This document shows, piece after piece, positions 29,152 through 38,427 of a stretch of DNA of 64,000 bases; position 1 is the first letter of the stretch; the number at the start of each line of letters is the position of its first letter. Source of the DNA: Patescibacteria group bacterium (GTDB lineage: Bacteria; Patescibacteriota; Patescibacteriia; UBA1558; GWA2-36-10); assembly GCA_041650755.1 (NCBI GenBank), contig JBAZKN010000002.1:69030-133029 (forward strand), given 5' to 3'. Below the pieces are notes generated by a model. That model made no database searches. It was not told where the DNA came from and saw nothing but the letters and a program-made list of their open reading frames with translations. The translations under genes and the position numbers were made by a program.

Positions 29152-30084
29152 ATGACTAAGACCAAGAAAATAAAATTTGTTTTTTGGAGAAAGATATCGG
29201 GCGATCCAGTGGATGATTATTTTTCTGATAAGCCCCAATATCATGCATTTTTTATGAAATGCAGTGAAATATTTGATTTTCGTATAGCCAATAATCCAGA
29301 TTCATATGTTGGTGGCGGAATTTTTGGTAATGTTTACAAATATCAAAATTGGAAATTTGTACCGGCTGAAAAAATATTTAAAGCAGATGTGGTTTATCAG
29401 CGCAAAAGACTCACGGATGAATCGTTTGATTATGCGGTACCGATCATTGATACTCCTGAGTTCAAAAAGTGGTGCCCCGACAAATGGAATCAATATCAGC
29501 TGCTCTCTCGGTATATGCCAAAAACCTTCTTGGTGCAAAGCCAGGAAGAATTTATTAAAAAATTGAGGCATATTACAACCAAAAAAGCGGTTGTGAAGCC
29601 ACGACGTGGTGAAAAGGGAGAAAACGTTATTGTGTTTGGGAAAAATAACCCACCCTTCCTAGATAAAGAAATTTTAAATGAGAAAGGGTACCTTTTGCAA
29701 GAATTTGCAGATACAAATATTAAAGTAGGAGGTATGATCAATAGTCTCCACGACATAAAACTTATTACTATTGGAGATAAATTTTTTGCTAATCTGCGCA
29801 TACCAGAGCAAGGAAAAGAGTATTGCACATACAATTCTCCATATTTTGAAATTTCAAAAAATGTTTTGCCTGAAAACGTTGTAAATTTTTACTGGGAAAT
29901 CAGAGAGACCATAAATAAAGCATATCCTAATAATTTTTACACTATTGACATGGGGATAACAAAAAAGGGGCCGGTTCTTTTTGAGCTTAATAGTCATACC
30001 GTTTTTCCTTATATGCATTTTAGCTGTGCTAATGAGTTTTTTGATGCGTTCATAAAAACCATTCAATTGCTCGTAAGAAATTAA
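29152..30084 (+). CDS. ATP-grasp-fold protein, RimK/GshB-like ligase
   Basis: The central KAVVKPRRGEKGENV and E...N motifs are typical of the ATP-grasp nucleotide-binding loop. Confidence 0.55.
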   Translation: MTKTKKIKFVFWRKISGDPVDDYFSDKPQYHAFFMKCSEIFDFRIANNPDSYVGGGIFGNVYKYQNWKFVPAEKIFKADVVYQRKRLTDESFDYAVPIIDTPEFKKWCPDKWNQYQLLSRYMPKTFLVQSQEEFIKKLRHITTKKAVVKPRRGEKGENVIVFGKNNPPFLDKEILNEKGYLLQEFADTNIKVGGMINSLHDIKLITIGDKFFANLRIPEQGKEYCTYNSPYFEISKNVLPENVVNFYWEIRETINKAYPNNFYTIDMGITKKGPVLFELNSHTVFPYMHFSCANEFFDAFIKTIQLLVRN

Positions 30085-30212
30085 CATGGAAAAGACTCCT
30101 TTTTAAGGAGCCTTTTATATTATTCTATACAACAATCAATTGCTTTTTACTAACTCGTCCAATTTACCCACAAAGACTTTTGGTTTTTTATAATAAATTT
30201 GGTATAATATAA

Positions 30213-30806
30213 ATGATGATAATAAAAGATAAGGGTTATTATCTTTCCGAGTTGCAAATAGATGTTTCAGTTTTGTCATTCATGACAGCTGTGACAGTTT
30301 TTTTAGCTGGTTTATTACTGACTAGATTTGATTCTTTTAGTGACTCCATAAAAGTGCCCATCTCTTTTTTGATTATTAGCACGCTTGGATTTTTGTTTTC
30401 CAGTCTTATTATTGCTAATTCATGCGAGAGCGTTGCTAAAAATAAGTTTAAAAAAGTTGAGAAGCATATTCTTTATGGTTATGCGATCTCTGAATATATT
30501 GGAATTTATCTTTTCGTATTATCGATTCCATTGACAGTAAACGTAATTACTAGTGACTTATATTTGCGTATCGTCACTCTTTGCGCAACAATCGGTGGTA
30601 TGGCTCTCTATCAATTTATGGGCTTTTCCATTCTAGAGAGGCATTTTCCCAAAAGTTATCGTCTTTTTTCATTTTTATTCCTGCTTTTCGGTGTCATTTT
30701 GTATTTGTCGCAAGTTTATAGTTGGTACTTTATGATAGTTGCGATTGTTTTTATCCTATTTATTTCAACAGTCACATTTTTAGCACCAAGAAAAGATATC
30801 TTATAA
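30213..30806 (+). CDS. Polytopic membrane protein (~5 TM), possibly the sensor remnant of a decayed histidine kinase
   Basis: Hydrophobic throughout. The stop TAA 30804-30806 is followed in the same frame by a histidine-kinase C-terminal fragment. Confidence 0.45.
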   Translation: MMIIKDKGYYLSELQIDVSVLSFMTAVTVFLAGLLLTRFDSFSDSIKVPISFLIISTLGFLFSSLIIANSCESVAKNKFKKVEKHILYGYAISEYIGIYLFVLSIPLTVNVITSDLYLRIVTLCATIGGMALYQFMGFSILERHFPKSYRLFSFLFLLFGVILYLSQVYSWYFMIVAIVFILFISTVTFLAPRKDIL

Positions 30807-31040
30807 TATCTTGGTCACAAAGATCAGTCGAGGATATTTGAGAAATTATTTAGGGCTGATAATATACGCATTAAAGACGCAGAGGGCACGGGCTTGGGTT
30901 TATATTTAGTTAAATCAATTGTCGAGCATTCCAAAGGCAAGGTTTGGTTTGAGTCAAAAGAGAATAAAGGAACTACTTTTTATGTAAAATTACCTTTGGC
31001 CGGCATGATAAAAAGAATCGGCACTAAGACCATAGATTAA
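30807..31040 (+). pseudogene. Histidine-kinase HATPase_c C-terminal remnant (F-box and G2-box only)
   Basis: In-frame translation gives DQSRIFEKLFRAD...GTGLGLYLVKSIVEHSKGKVWFESKENKGTTFYVKLP. No H-box, N-box or G1-box is present, and no start codon or ORF of 60 aa or more. Confidence 0.6.
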
Positions 31041-31050
31041 ATTTTTTATA

Positions 31051-32358
31051 ATGTCTAATCATAAAAATAAGCAAGTTAATAATAGAAAGATTAGCCGTTG
31101 GCTAAAAATTTTTGGCCCGGGCATTATCACTGGTGCGGCTGATGATGATCCATCGGGGATTGCCACTTATTCTCAAACCGGCGCTCAGTTTGGCCTAGGC
31201 ATGCTTTGGGCGGCTCTTTATCAGCTGCCCTTGGTTATAGCCATCCAAGAGGCTTGTGCGCGCATTGGTGCCGTTACCGGCAAGGGCTTAGCTGGCGTGA
31301 TAAAAGCCAATTACTCCAAAAAGTTATTGGTGGCAGTTGTTTCACTAGTGGTTTTGGCCAATATTATAAATATTGGGGCTGACATTGGCGCAGTAGCTAG
31401 CTCGGCGCAATTAATTTGGGACCTGCCTTTTATTTTTTATGCAATAGCTTTTGCTATTTTGGTGATAGTTTTGGAAGTTTTTGTCAGCTACAAAAAATAT
31501 GTAAAATTTTTGAAATGGCTTACTCTGGCTTTATTGGTTTATATTTTGACAGCCTTGATCGTAGGAGGTGATTGGTGGCAATTCCTTAAAAGAACTTTAG
31601 TGCCGCATATAGAATTTAGTTTTGCTTATTTATTTATAATTACAGGCGTTTTTGGCGCCACCATTACGCCGTATATGTTTTTCTGGCAGGCTTCAGAGGA
31701 GGTGGAAGAAGAAATCGCTCATCATAATTTACCGCAAAAAGGTGGCCAGCCTAGGGGTTTGCCCAAATTTTTGCGCAATATGAGGATTGATACAGTGGTA
31801 GGCATGACTTTTTCTGAATTGGGCCAGTGGTTTATTATTGTGACTACGGCCAGTGTGCTTTTTAATAATGGCATTAACGATATAGCCTCCGCGGCTGATG
31901 CTGCCAGAGCTCTTGAACCATTGGTTCAGGCCTTTCCAAATTCTGGGCAGATAGCCAAAGACCTTTTTGCAGTCGGTATTATTGGTTTGGGGCTTTTAGG
32001 AATCCCAGTTTTGGCTGGTTCGGCAGCTTATGCTCTGTCAGAAGCTTTTGGCTGGCCAGAGGGCCTGTATCGCAAGCTTAGGCAGGCCAAGGGATTTTAT
32101 AGCGTAATTATTATTTCTACTTTGGTTGGTTTATTGATCAATTTTATAGGCATCAATCCATTTAAGGCCTTGATTTTTACAGCCGTGTTCAATGGTATAG
32201 CAGCTGTGCCATTGCTGTTTGTGATTGCTAAAATAAATGCTAATAGTAAAATTTTGGGGGAATACAAGGGCGGTAAATTGTCCAGCGGTTTGATTTGGCT
32301 GACATTTATGGTCATGGCTCTGGCCGCTTTATCCCTATTTTATACTTTATTAATTTAG
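31051..32358 (+). CDS. mntH: Nramp-family divalent metal (Mn2+/Fe2+) transporter
   Basis: GPGIITGAADDDPSGIATYSQ signature and 11-12 TM helices. Confidence 0.9.
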   Translation: MSNHKNKQVNNRKISRWLKIFGPGIITGAADDDPSGIATYSQTGAQFGLGMLWAALYQLPLVIAIQEACARIGAVTGKGLAGVIKANYSKKLLVAVVSLVVLANIINIGADIGAVASSAQLIWDLPFIFYAIAFAILVIVLEVFVSYKKYVKFLKWLTLALLVYILTALIVGGDWWQFLKRTLVPHIEFSFAYLFIITGVFGATITPYMFFWQASEEVEEEIAHHNLPQKGGQPRGLPKFLRNMRIDTVVGMTFSELGQWFIIVTTASVLFNNGINDIASAADAARALEPLVQAFPNSGQIAKDLFAVGIIGLGLLGIPVLAGSAAYALSEAFGWPEGLYRKLRQAKGFYSVIIISTLVGLLINFIGINPFKALIFTAVFNGIAAVPLLFVIAKINANSKILGEYKGGKLSSGLIWLTFMVMALAALSLFYTLLI

Positions 32359-32399
32359 TAATTATCGACTAATTTGTGCTATAATATATTAGCAATTTT

Positions 32400-32879
32400 A
32401 TGAGCAAACAAAACTTTGTTAAATTGATCATCAGTATAGCATTATGTTTATTGGCTGGTGTTTTGGGGTCTATTTTTACTACGCCGCAGATAAACACCTG
32501 GTATGCTACCCTGATAAAACCAATTTGGAGCCCGGCCAATAATTGGTTTGGCCCAGTTTGGACATTATTATTTATTTTGATGGGCGTGGCGGCCTATTAT
32601 ATTTGGGAAGAAATTCCCAATCGAGCCAAGGCAGCCAAGTCAGCTCTGCTGATTTTTTATATTCACTTGCTGGCCAACACGCTTTGGTCGTTTCTATTTT
32701 TTGGCCTCAATAATCCAGGCTTGGGATTCATCTGGATTATTATTTTATGGTTGTTGATTTTGATAACGATGATCAAGTTTTGGCAAGTCAAAAAATTGGC
32801 AGCCTTGATATTATTACCGTATTTATTTTGGGTGAGTTTTGCCGCCTATTTAAATTTTGTTATTTGGAGATTAAATTAA
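32400..32879 (+). CDS. tspO: TspO/MBR tryptophan-rich sensory protein
   Basis: 159 aa with five TM helices; W/Y-rich LIKPxWSP...FGPVW...LY motifs. Confidence 0.85.
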   Translation: MSKQNFVKLIISIALCLLAGVLGSIFTTPQINTWYATLIKPIWSPANNWFGPVWTLLFILMGVAAYYIWEEIPNRAKAAKSALLIFYIHLLANTLWSFLFFGLNNPGLGFIWIIILWLLILITMIKFWQVKKLAALILLPYLFWVSFAAYLNFVIWRLN

Positions 32880-32887
32880 AATTTTAG

Positions 32888-33364
32888 ATGGCTATGTTCG
32901 GTCAGGGATTATTTTTGGACTTAGTGGCAAATTATTCTAGTTATGGATTGTTTATTTTAGGGGCTTTAGTTATTAGCTTAATTTTATATTTTATTGTCGG
33001 GTCATTGTTGGAGTTGATTTATGATAGCCTGGTGAAACACAATGTAGATAATTCCAACATTTATGCGATTTTTTTAAACTCTTTTGTCGGTCTAGGTTTT
33101 TTGTATATTATCAGGACCTGGGGGGACTGGATCATGCAGCGTCAAGAAGTCAAGCCCACTGTCATATTATTTCTATCTTTGGCCTGGTGTTTGTCGATAG
33201 TTACCATCAATGAAAAATTTACTTCTACTGAAAAATTTCAACTAATAGTAATGTTTGCTTGTTTGTTTGGTTTCTTGGTTTGGTGGCTGTGGGGTTGGCT
33301 ACCAGCTTTGTATATGTGGGCTCTGGTTACTTTCTTCTTTTATATACGTGAAAAACATAAATAA
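32888..33364 (+). CDS. Hypothetical membrane protein (four TM)
   Basis: Hydrophobic ORF with no recognisable motif. Confidence 0.35.
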   Translation: MAMFGQGLFLDLVANYSSYGLFILGALVISLILYFIVGSLLELIYDSLVKHNVDNSNIYAIFLNSFVGLGFLYIIRTWGDWIMQRQEVKPTVILFLSLAWCLSIVTINEKFTSTEKFQLIVMFACLFGFLVWWLWGWLPALYMWALVTFFFYIREKHK

Positions 33365-33413
33365 TATTCAAAAAATCCGCTTATTTAGTTACGTTTGAAG
33401 CGGATTTTTTGTT

Positions 33414-34754
33414 TTATTTAATGTAATTGATGGGATTTTTCCGTACTCCGCCAACTCTGACCTCAAGGTGGAGATGAGGGCCAGTAGAACGACCAGTTGA
33501 TCCCACTAGGGCTATCATCTGACCGCGAGAAACACTGTCTCCGGCCGAAACTAATACTTTGCTAGCGTGGCCATAGAGCGTTTGAATGCCATTGCCGTGG
33601 TTGATGATTACATAGTTGCCATAACCGCCACTGTTCCAGCCGGCAGTTTGCACCTTGCCATCTTCGGCTGCATAGATTGGGTTGCCGACCGAATCGCCAA
33701 TATCCAAGCCAGTGTGTCGCCAACTAAAATATTGGGTAATACGATGGCTTAAAACCGGCCATAATAATTTAGTGCCAGTATTAATATTGGCAGCATATGG
33801 TGTGGCTTCACCATTATAGTAATCATCATCAGTGTTGGGCGTCACCACAGCAACCTTTTTGGGCGGCTTATATGAAGATACTACCTGGGTTGGTTTTACT
33901 CCGTCTGGTAAAAATAATAAGTCACCAACTTGTATACTGGTAGCAGAAGCTAATTCATTAGCGGCTATGATTTTATCGACATTACTTTGATATTTATTGG
34001 CGATAGAAGCCAAGGTATCACCTCTTTGGACTTCATAGTCTATGCCAGAACCGGGCGGGATGGTCAGTTTTTGTCCCGGCCTTATAGTGCTGTTCCAGGT
34101 CAAGTTGTTTGCCCAAAGCACAGTATTTACCGTGACGCCAAATTTTTCCGCGATCGATCCCAAAACATCGCCATTTTGTACAACATAGACCACATCACTG
34201 GTTCGGGTTGTTTTTGTTGGTTCATTATCTTGGGGGCCAAGGATCACCAAGCTGCTGTCGTCAGGGGAAATGGCCACATTGTCGGCGCTATCATAATCTA
34301 TGTCTTGATGATTGAAGACCAGCTCTTGTAAATTTCCTGCTTGTTCCAGATAGCTAGTGACTCGAGGAGCGGTGTTGGCTGGTCCAGTATCCTCGATAAT
34401 TTCGCTCCATTGTGATTCATTGGATTTGACCAGACTAGATAATAGCGTGTAGTTGGCGTATTCATCAGCGTTGCCATTTTGGGCAAAAATGTTATTGGTG
34501 CTAGCGACAAAAATAATAATTGCAATCGTGATACCCGGCAGATATTTTTTTATAAAAAGTAAATAATTTAATTTTCTGAAATCCAGTATTTTTAGCTTTA
34601 TTTTAATTAGAACTATATTTTTGTAAATTAAAACAACAATCGGCAGAATGGTGAATTTACCGATAGTTAAGAGTATTTTGACTAGCGGTCTAAAAAATTT
34701 GGGCAAAGCACGATTTTTCGCCCAAATAAAGAAATCGGCAATTTTTAGAGCCAA
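33414..34754 (-). CDS. LysM-domain M23 metalloendopeptidase, membrane-anchored
   Basis: N-terminal TM segment and two LysM repeats (VQNGDVLGSIAEKFGV; VQRGDTLASIANKY). The C-terminal M23 motifs are HTGLDIG and GSTGRSTGPHLHLEV. Confidence 0.85.
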   Translation of the reverse strand: MALKIADFFIWAKNRALPKFFRPLVKILLTIGKFTILPIVVLIYKNIVLIKIKLKILDFRKLNYLLFIKKYLPGITIAIIIFVASTNNIFAQNGNADEYANYTLLSSLVKSNESQWSEIIEDTGPANTAPRVTSYLEQAGNLQELVFNHQDIDYDSADNVAISPDDSSLVILGPQDNEPTKTTRTSDVVYVVQNGDVLGSIAEKFGVTVNTVLWANNLTWNSTIRPGQKLTIPPGSGIDYEVQRGDTLASIANKYQSNVDKIIAANELASATSIQVGDLLFLPDGVKPTQVVSSYKPPKKVAVVTPNTDDDYYNGEATPYAANINTGTKLLWPVLSHRITQYFSWRHTGLDIGDSVGNPIYAAEDGKVQTAGWNSGGYGNYVIINHGNGIQTLYGHASKVLVSAGDSVSRGQMIALVGSTGRSTGPHLHLEVRVGGVRKNPINYIK

Positions 34755-34934
34755 TTTATTGATTATTTTTTTGAGAAATATACTAATATAACCTAAATTA
34801 ATAGTAAACTATCTGAGTAAAGCATTAGTTATCATAACAAAATAGATGCCTCTGGTCAAGGTATTTAAGTGTTGAAAACAGATTGATTTTTAAGTTCCAA
34901 GATGTTAAAATTAGTTTATATTTTTGAAAATTTT

Positions 34935-37796
34935 ATGGTGAAAATAGGCAAATACAATCACGAGAAAATTGAGGCGGTTTGGCAAAAGAGATGGCAAGAT
35001 AGCCGAGCTTTTGTCGTTCCAGATTCTGGCAAGGATAAATTTTATGGCTTAGTGGAGTTTCCTTATCCCTCCGGCGAGGGTTTGCATACTGGGCATTTGC
35101 GTTCTTATACAGCCCTGGATGTGATTTGCCGCTATCAACGTTTGCAAGGTAAGAATGTTTTGTACCCCATGGGCATGGACGCTTTTGGTTTGCCAGCCGA
35201 AAACTATGCAGTCAAAAAAAATATTCCGCCCCAGGAGACCACTAAGAAGAATATAGCTAATTATATTCGCCAGCTGACTAGCACCGGCTGCAGTTTTGAT
35301 TGGTCCAGATTTTTGGCGACCACTGATCCGGATTATTATCATTGGACACAATGGATTTTTATTCAGCTTTGGGAAAATGGGTTGGCTTATAAGGCTAAAA
35401 AAAATATAAATTGGTGCCCGGCTTGCCAGATTGGTCTGGCTAACGAAGAGGTGATTAACGGCCACTGTGAGCGTTGCGGTAGCCAGGTCACTAAAAAAGA
35501 AAAAGAGCAGTGGCTTTTGAAGATTACCAAATACGCTGATCGTCTGATAGAGGGTTTGGATGGGGTTGATTTTTTGGAGCAAATAAAATTACAGCAAAAA
35601 AATTGGATTGGCAGATCAGAGGGTGCAGAAATTGATTTTGTTATATCAGACAGCCAGGAAAAATTAAAAGTTTTTACTACCAGGCCAGATACTTTGTTTG
35701 GTGTGACTTTTATGGTGGTAGCGCCGGAGCACCCTGTTATTTATAAGCTGGAAGATAAAATAAAAAACTTGGGTGAAGTCAAAAAATATATTGTGGCCAG
35801 CCGCAAAAAAAGTGATTTGGAAAGAGCTGACTTGGCTCGTGAAAAAACCGGTATAGAGCTAAAGGGCTGGCGGGCCATAAATCCTATTAATCAGGAAAAA
35901 ATTCCTATTTTTGTGGCTGATTATGTGACTATGGGTTATGGCACGGGGGCCATCATGGCTGTGCCGGCTCATGACCAGCGAGATTGGGAATTTGCCAAGA
36001 AGTATAAATTACCTATCAGGGAAGTGATCGTGCCATTGCGCATAGATAAGAAAAACCCGCCAGTCAAGGGTAAGCGGAGTGTAATTCGCCGCACAGTGCA
36101 TGCCTTGGTATTTAATCCTAAAAACGGCCAAGTTTTGTGCCTGAAATGGAAGCAGCATCCTTGGACGGGTTTCATAGTTGGCGGCGTAGATGATGAAGAA
36201 GATATAGTCGCAGCGGCTCGCCGTGAAGTTTATGAAGAGACTGGCTACAAAGATTTGAAATTTGTCAAAAGCCTGGATGGCCAGGTAAGGGGGGAATATT
36301 TTGCCGCCCATAAGGATGAGAATAGAATAGCCTATACTACGGCTGTAGTTTTTGAGCTAAGCAAAGATAAGCCAGACGATATTTCTCCGGTTGAGCAAGC
36401 CAAGCATGAGCCTATTTGGCTTGACCTAAAAAATATTACTCCAGAAAATTTTACTTGCGCTGAACTTGATTTATGGATGGAGCGCCTGCAACAAACCAAA
36501 AACAGTGTTTATAGCGGTGATGGCGTTTTGATTAATTCTGGAAAATATGATGGCTTGGATACCAAAGCAGGAGCAGATGCAATCAGCCGAGACATCAAGG
36601 CCAAGCAGACTGTCAATTATCGCCTGCATGATTGGATTTTTTCGCGGCAAAGATATTGGGGTGAACCCATACCCATGGTTTTTTGTGAAAAATGCGATTG
36701 GCAGCCGATAGCCGAGAAAGATTTGCCGGTGGTTTTGCCGGATATAAAAGATTTTAAGCCCGGTCCCGATGGCCAGTCGCCTTTATCAAAAGTAGGGGCC
36801 TGGGTAAATACTACCTGTCCCAAGTGCGGTGGTCCAGCCAAGCGCGAGACTGACACCATGCCCAACTGGGCAGGCTCAAATTGGTATTTTATCCGCTATA
36901 CTGATCCTAAAAATAAAAAACAATTATCTGACCCTAAAAAAATAAAATATTGGCTGCCGGTTGATTGGTATAATGGCGGCATGGAACACAATACTTTGCA
37001 TTTATTGTATTCCCGTTTTATTTTCAAATTTTTATATGATATCGGCGTCATCCCCAAAGAGGTCGGCGATGAACCATATAGAAAACGCACTGCCCAAGGA
37101 ATGATTTTGGGCGAGGGCAATGTCAAAATGTCCAAATCCCGCGGTAATGTGGTCAACCCCGATGATTATGTGAAAAAATACGGGGCTGATACCCTGCGGC
37201 TCTATATAATGTTTATGGGCCCGTTTGATCAGGCTATTGCCTGGGATGATAAAGGAGTTTTGGGCGTGCATCGTTTTGTCAATAAAATTTGGAATTTACA
37301 AGCCAAAGTGGTTAAAAATCATGAGTCTGCCCCTGAAGTTTTACAGTTATTTAACCAAAGTATAAAAAAAATCGGTGACGATATTTTGAGCATGCACTTC
37401 AATACAGCTGTTTCCCAGTTGATGATATTGGCCAACTTTTTGGATAAACAGTCGGCTATTGATCAAGGGCTTTGGGCCAAGTTGTTAGTGTTGATGTCGC
37501 CCTTTGCTCCTCATCTGGCCGAAGAATTGTGGTCGTTTTTGGGCAATAAAGAAGGTCTGAGTTTTGCCCATTGGCCAGAGTACGATAAAAATTTAGTGAA
37601 GAAACAAATGGTCACAGTAGCTATTCAGATAAATGGTAAGCTGCGCGATACCATTGAACTACCTTTAGATACAGCTGATAGCCAGGCATTGCAGCAGCAG
37701 ATTTTACAGCGTGAGAAAGTCCTCAAAGCTATACTAAATAGACCAGTCAAAAAATTTATCTACGTAAAGAATAAAATTATAAGCATTGTGGTTTAG
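34935..37796 (+). CDS. leuS: Leucyl-tRNA synthetase carrying an inserted Nudix hydrolase domain
   Basis: PYPSGEGLHTGH (HIGH-type) motif, CP1 editing TTRPDT, VKMSKS (KMSKS-type) motif and C-terminal anticodon-binding domain. A ~160-aa insert after the editing domain has a perfect Nudix box, GGVDDEEDIVAAARREVYEETGY. The start may alternatively be ATG 34902. Confidence 0.9.
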   Translation: MVKIGKYNHEKIEAVWQKRWQDSRAFVVPDSGKDKFYGLVEFPYPSGEGLHTGHLRSYTALDVICRYQRLQGKNVLYPMGMDAFGLPAENYAVKKNIPPQETTKKNIANYIRQLTSTGCSFDWSRFLATTDPDYYHWTQWIFIQLWENGLAYKAKKNINWCPACQIGLANEEVINGHCERCGSQVTKKEKEQWLLKITKYADRLIEGLDGVDFLEQIKLQQKNWIGRSEGAEIDFVISDSQEKLKVFTTRPDTLFGVTFMVVAPEHPVIYKLEDKIKNLGEVKKYIVASRKKSDLERADLAREKTGIELKGWRAINPINQEKIPIFVADYVTMGYGTGAIMAVPAHDQRDWEFAKKYKLPIREVIVPLRIDKKNPPVKGKRSVIRRTVHALVFNPKNGQVLCLKWKQHPWTGFIVGGVDDEEDIVAAARREVYEETGYKDLKFVKSLDGQVRGEYFAAHKDENRIAYTTAVVFELSKDKPDDISPVEQAKHEPIWLDLKNITPENFTCAELDLWMERLQQTKNSVYSGDGVLINSGKYDGLDTKAGADAISRDIKAKQTVNYRLHDWIFSRQRYWGEPIPMVFCEKCDWQPIAEKDLPVVLPDIKDFKPGPDGQSPLSKVGAWVNTTCPKCGGPAKRETDTMPNWAGSNWYFIRYTDPKNKKQLSDPKKIKYWLPVDWYNGGMEHNTLHLLYSRFIFKFLYDIGVIPKEVGDEPYRKRTAQGMILGEGNVKMSKSRGNVVNPDDYVKKYGADTLRLYIMFMGPFDQAIAWDDKGVLGVHRFVNKIWNLQAKVVKNHESAPEVLQLFNQSIKKIGDDILSMHFNTAVSQLMILANFLDKQSAIDQGLWAKLLVLMSPFAPHLAEELWSFLGNKEGLSFAHWPEYDKNLVKKQMVTVAIQINGKLRDTIELPLDTADSQALQQQILQREKVLKAILNRPVKKFIYVKNKIISIVV

Positions 37797-37800
37797 ATAA

Positions 37801-38421
37801 ATGAAGGAAATCATTCTGACCAATAAAAACAGAATAGAAGTTTTGCAGGCCGCTTTGGGCGTTCTGCAAAATGACGGCGTGATTATTTATCCCACGGAAA
37901 CATCTTATGGTCTGGGAGCGGATTTTTTCAGCCCCACGGCAGTTAAAAAAGTATATCAAGTCAAAGGACGGGATAAAGACAAGCCTTTGTCGGTGATTGT
38001 GTCAGATTTTGTTTATGCCAGCTCTCTGGTGGATTTTAATCATATAGCCAGAAGTCTGGCCACACAGTATTGGCCTGGTCCCTTGACCTTGGTTTTACCC
38101 TTCAAACACCATCATTGGCAGGATTATTTTGATAAATTTTTGGCTTTGCGGGTTTCTAGCTTAGCTCTAGCCCAGACCATAGCGGCATTGCTTGCTTGTC
38201 CATTGGTAGCTACCTCTGCCAATATTTCTGGCAACTCTCCTAGCTATCGAGTTGACGATATCAGGCAGCAATTTGCTAAAGCAAAATATCAGCCAGATTT
38301 ATTTATCAACGCGGGTGATCTAGAAGTTAATCAGCCTTCCACCATGATAAAATGCGAGAGGGATAGCGCCACTATTTTGCGGCAAGGCGCGCTGCAGGTC
38401 AATCTTAATTTATTTAAATAA
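37801..38421 (+). CDS. tsaC: L-threonylcarbamoyladenylate synthase (YrdC/Sua5 family)
   Basis: YPTETSYGLGA...KGR..DKPLSV motifs with a 206-aa YrdC fold. Confidence 0.85.
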   Translation: MKEIILTNKNRIEVLQAALGVLQNDGVIIYPTETSYGLGADFFSPTAVKKVYQVKGRDKDKPLSVIVSDFVYASSLVDFNHIARSLATQYWPGPLTLVLPFKHHHWQDYFDKFLALRVSSLALAQTIAALLACPLVATSANISGNSPSYRVDDIRQQFAKAKYQPDLFINAGDLEVNQPSTMIKCERDSATILRQGALQVNLNLFK

Positions 38422-38427
38422 AAACAA

